Of a DNA stretch of 32,000 bases, positions 30,535 through 32,000 are shown piece by piece. Location: contig NZ_CP088239.1 of assembly GCF_021054785.1 (NCBI RefSeq), positions 1,650,001-1,682,000 of the forward strand. Reading direction: 5' to 3'. Below the pieces are notes generated by a model, which saw only the letters and a list, made by a program, of their open reading frames with translations, made no database searches and was not told the DNA's origin. The DNA comes from Tannockella kyphosi. GTDB lineage: Bacteria; Bacillota_I; Bacilli_A; Erysipelotrichales; Coprobacillaceae. Position numbers and translations under genes: made by a program. Within the stretch, counting starts at the first letter, position 1. Every line of letters starts with the position of its first letter.

Positions 30535-31461
30535 CTATAATAGATAAAAATAAACTAATAATGGTATTGTAATTACGGATACTAATGTAGTTAGAAATAC
30601 TGATTTAGAAGCAGTATCTACATCTCCATCATATTCAATAGAAAATAAGACTGCTGAATTAGCAATAGGCATTGCTAGTATGATAAAACTAATTCCTAAT
30701 ATATAAGTATCTTTTACAAAATAAGATAATAATGGAAAAGCAACTACTGGTAATAAAATTTGTTTAATAAAGGTATAAGGATAAATAATAAAATCACTGA
30801 AGATTTCTTTTACTGGTATGGTTGCTAGTGTAGAACCTATTAGTAACATTGCAATGGGAGTAGTAATACTTCCAATTAAGGCAACTGTATCTCCAATAAC
30901 ACTAGGTACAGATATTCTTGTTAAATAAAAGAAAAACGCTAATAAAGATGCTATTACACCAGGACTTAAGAGACTTTTTAATTCAATTCTAGTATGTCTT
31001 TTTGTTCCATAATTCATCATCAATACACCTACTGAATAAATCATTAAATTAAATCCCATATTAATAATAGCTGCATAAAAAATAGCTTCACTTCCAAAAA
31101 TAGACTCTATTACTGGAAAACCCATAAACCCTACATTAGAAAAAACAGTCATAAACATATATAATCCTTGTTTTTCTTTTGGTATTCTTAGTAACTTTAC
31201 TAAAAAGAAACTAAAAATAGGTAATAATGTATACATCGCTATTGTTATCAATAACATTACTACTACTTCATTCATTGGTGCATAGTCACTACTTGTAATA
31301 ACTGAACTAAGTATTAAACAAGGTGTTGTTACACTTAGTAATAAGGTAGATAACTTCTTATTTAAGAGTGTATCAAAGATGTCTAGTTTATTTAATATAT
31401 ATCCTACACCAATCACTAAAAACAATTGAACCATTTGATTAATAATAACTCCTATATCCAT
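30535..31461 (-). CDS. AEC (auxin efflux carrier) family permease
   Basis: About 10 TM. The N-terminus MDIGVIINQMVQLFLVIGVGYIL is typical of the family. I preferred the ATG at 31461 (GAGG RBS). The ORF-track extension to 31533 would run through the divergent promoter repeats. Confidence 0.8.
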   Translation of the reverse strand: MDIGVIINQMVQLFLVIGVGYILNKLDIFDTLLNKKLSTLLLSVTTPCLILSSVITSSDYAPMNEVVVMLLITIAMYTLLPIFSFFLVKLLRIPKEKQGLYMFMTVFSNVGFMGFPVIESIFGSEAIFYAAIINMGFNLMIYSVGVLMMNYGTKRHTRIELKSLLSPGVIASLLAFFFYLTRISVPSVIGDTVALIGSITTPIAMLLIGSTLATIPVKEIFSDFIIYPYTFIKQILLPVVAFPLLSYFVKDTYILGISFIILAMPIANSAVLFSIEYDGDVDTASKSVFLTTLVSVITIPLLVYFYLL

Positions 31462-31483
31462 ATAAAACCTCACTTTATTTACT

Positions 31484-31558
31484 TTTAATACTATACCACA
31501 AATAGAACAAAATATGAAAATATTTCTACTCATTTGATAATTGTGGTATAGTATTAAA
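31484..31558. promoter_or_regulatory. 18-bp perfect inverted repeat (TTTAATACTATACCACAA ... TTGTGGTATAGTATTAAA, 39-nt spacer). Each arm reads outward as an extended -10 (TGgTATAGT) for one of the two divergent genes
   Basis: Arms at 31484-31501 and 31541-31558, read directly. The + arm lies about 27 nt upstream of the oxidoreductase ATG. The - arm lies about 30 nt upstream of the permease ATG. Confidence 0.45.
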
Positions 31559-31577
31559 AAAGGGAGGTAGTAACATT

Positions 31578-32000
31578 ATGATGACAATAGGTTTTATTGG
31601 TAATGGGAAGAGTACTAATAGATATCATTTACCTTTTATTGTAGGTAGAGATTCCATTCATATTAAAAGTATTTATCAAAGAGATTTAACAAAGAGAGAT
31701 TGGAATAGAATAGAAGGAGTTCATTATACTGATAACATTGATGAGTTATTAAATGATGATGAAATACAAGTATTAGTAATCAGTACTTCTAGTCAAACAC
31801 ATTATGAGTATACTAAATTAGCGTTAGAACATGGTAAAAATGTTTTATGTGAAAAGCCATTTGTAGAAACATATAAAGAAGCAAAGGAATTATTTGATCT
31901 TGCTGATGAAAAAGGATTACATTTACAAACATATCAAAATAGAAGATATGATTCTGATTATTTAACTGTTCAAAAGGTATTAGAAAGTGGTAAATTAGGA
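31578..32000 (+). CDS. Gfo/Idh/MocA family NAD(P)-dependent oxidoreductase (N-terminal part; continues beyond the window)
   Basis: Hand translation: MMTIGFIGNGKSTNRYHLPFI...VLVISTSSQTHYEYTKLALEHGKNVLCEKPF. This shows a Rossmann GxGxxx motif and the family EKP motif. AGGGAGG RBS at 31561-31567. Confidence 0.85.
   Translation, partial: MMTIGFIGNGKSTNRYHLPFIVGRDSIHIKSIYQRDLTKRDWNRIEGVHYTDNIDELLNDDEIQVLVISTSSQTHYEYTKLALEHGKNVLCEKPFVETYKEAKELFDLADEKGLHLQTYQNRRYDSDYLTVQKVLESGKLG

Noticed and set aside
31462-31533. 24-codon N-terminal extension of the permease ORF in the track, and similar upstream extensions of the alpha-like, hypothetical and transposase ORFs
   Set aside because: The downstream ATGs have clear GGAGG-type RBSs at proper spacing. 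The extensions overlap promoter repeats or upstream genes.

Overview
AT-rich (about 30% G+C by eye) bacterial DNA that reads in the standard genetic code. It has strong GGAGG-type Shine-Dalgarno sites and extended -10 promoters, so it is most likely a low-GC Bacillota or Mollicutes-related genome. Positions 1-27042 form one tightly packed minus-strand array of 14 genes. Gaps run from -11 to +32 nt and I saw no intrinsic terminator between genes. The array starts with two N-terminally membrane-anchored repeat proteins (1944 aa and 516 aa), each carrying a Gly-X-Y collagen-like tract. Next comes an F-type ATPase-like module in canonical atp order: c-like, b-delta fusion-like, alpha-like, gamma-like, beta-like, epsilon-like. 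This module has no a subunit, and its c-like protein lacks the ion-binding carboxylate. It is followed by a 177-aa polytopic membrane protein, a 226-aa anchored protein, and a 3577-aa surface giant with Fn3/Ig-like repeats, a GLUG beta-helix region and a C-terminal TM anchor. The array ends with a cyclic-nucleotide tail: a DUF3307-like membrane protein, a stand-alone GAF protein and a CHASE2-sensor class III cyclase that is cut by the window edge. I read this as a candidate undescribed ATP-driven cell-surface machine. It is conceptually similar to the F1-like ATPase clusters of mycoplasmas, but it keeps c and b-delta relics. A 1916-bp IS6-family element (27066-28981) has 14/16 terminal inverted repeats, an 8-bp target duplication ATATGAAT and a zinc-finger-extended DDE transposase. 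It sits 23 nt upstream of the first start codon and separates the operon from a good extended -10 promoter at about 29194-29223. The right flank is ordinary housekeeping: a hypothetical gene, aroD, an AEC-family transporter, and a divergent Gfo/Idh/MocA oxidoreductase (partial). No rRNA, tRNA or CRISPR was recognised.
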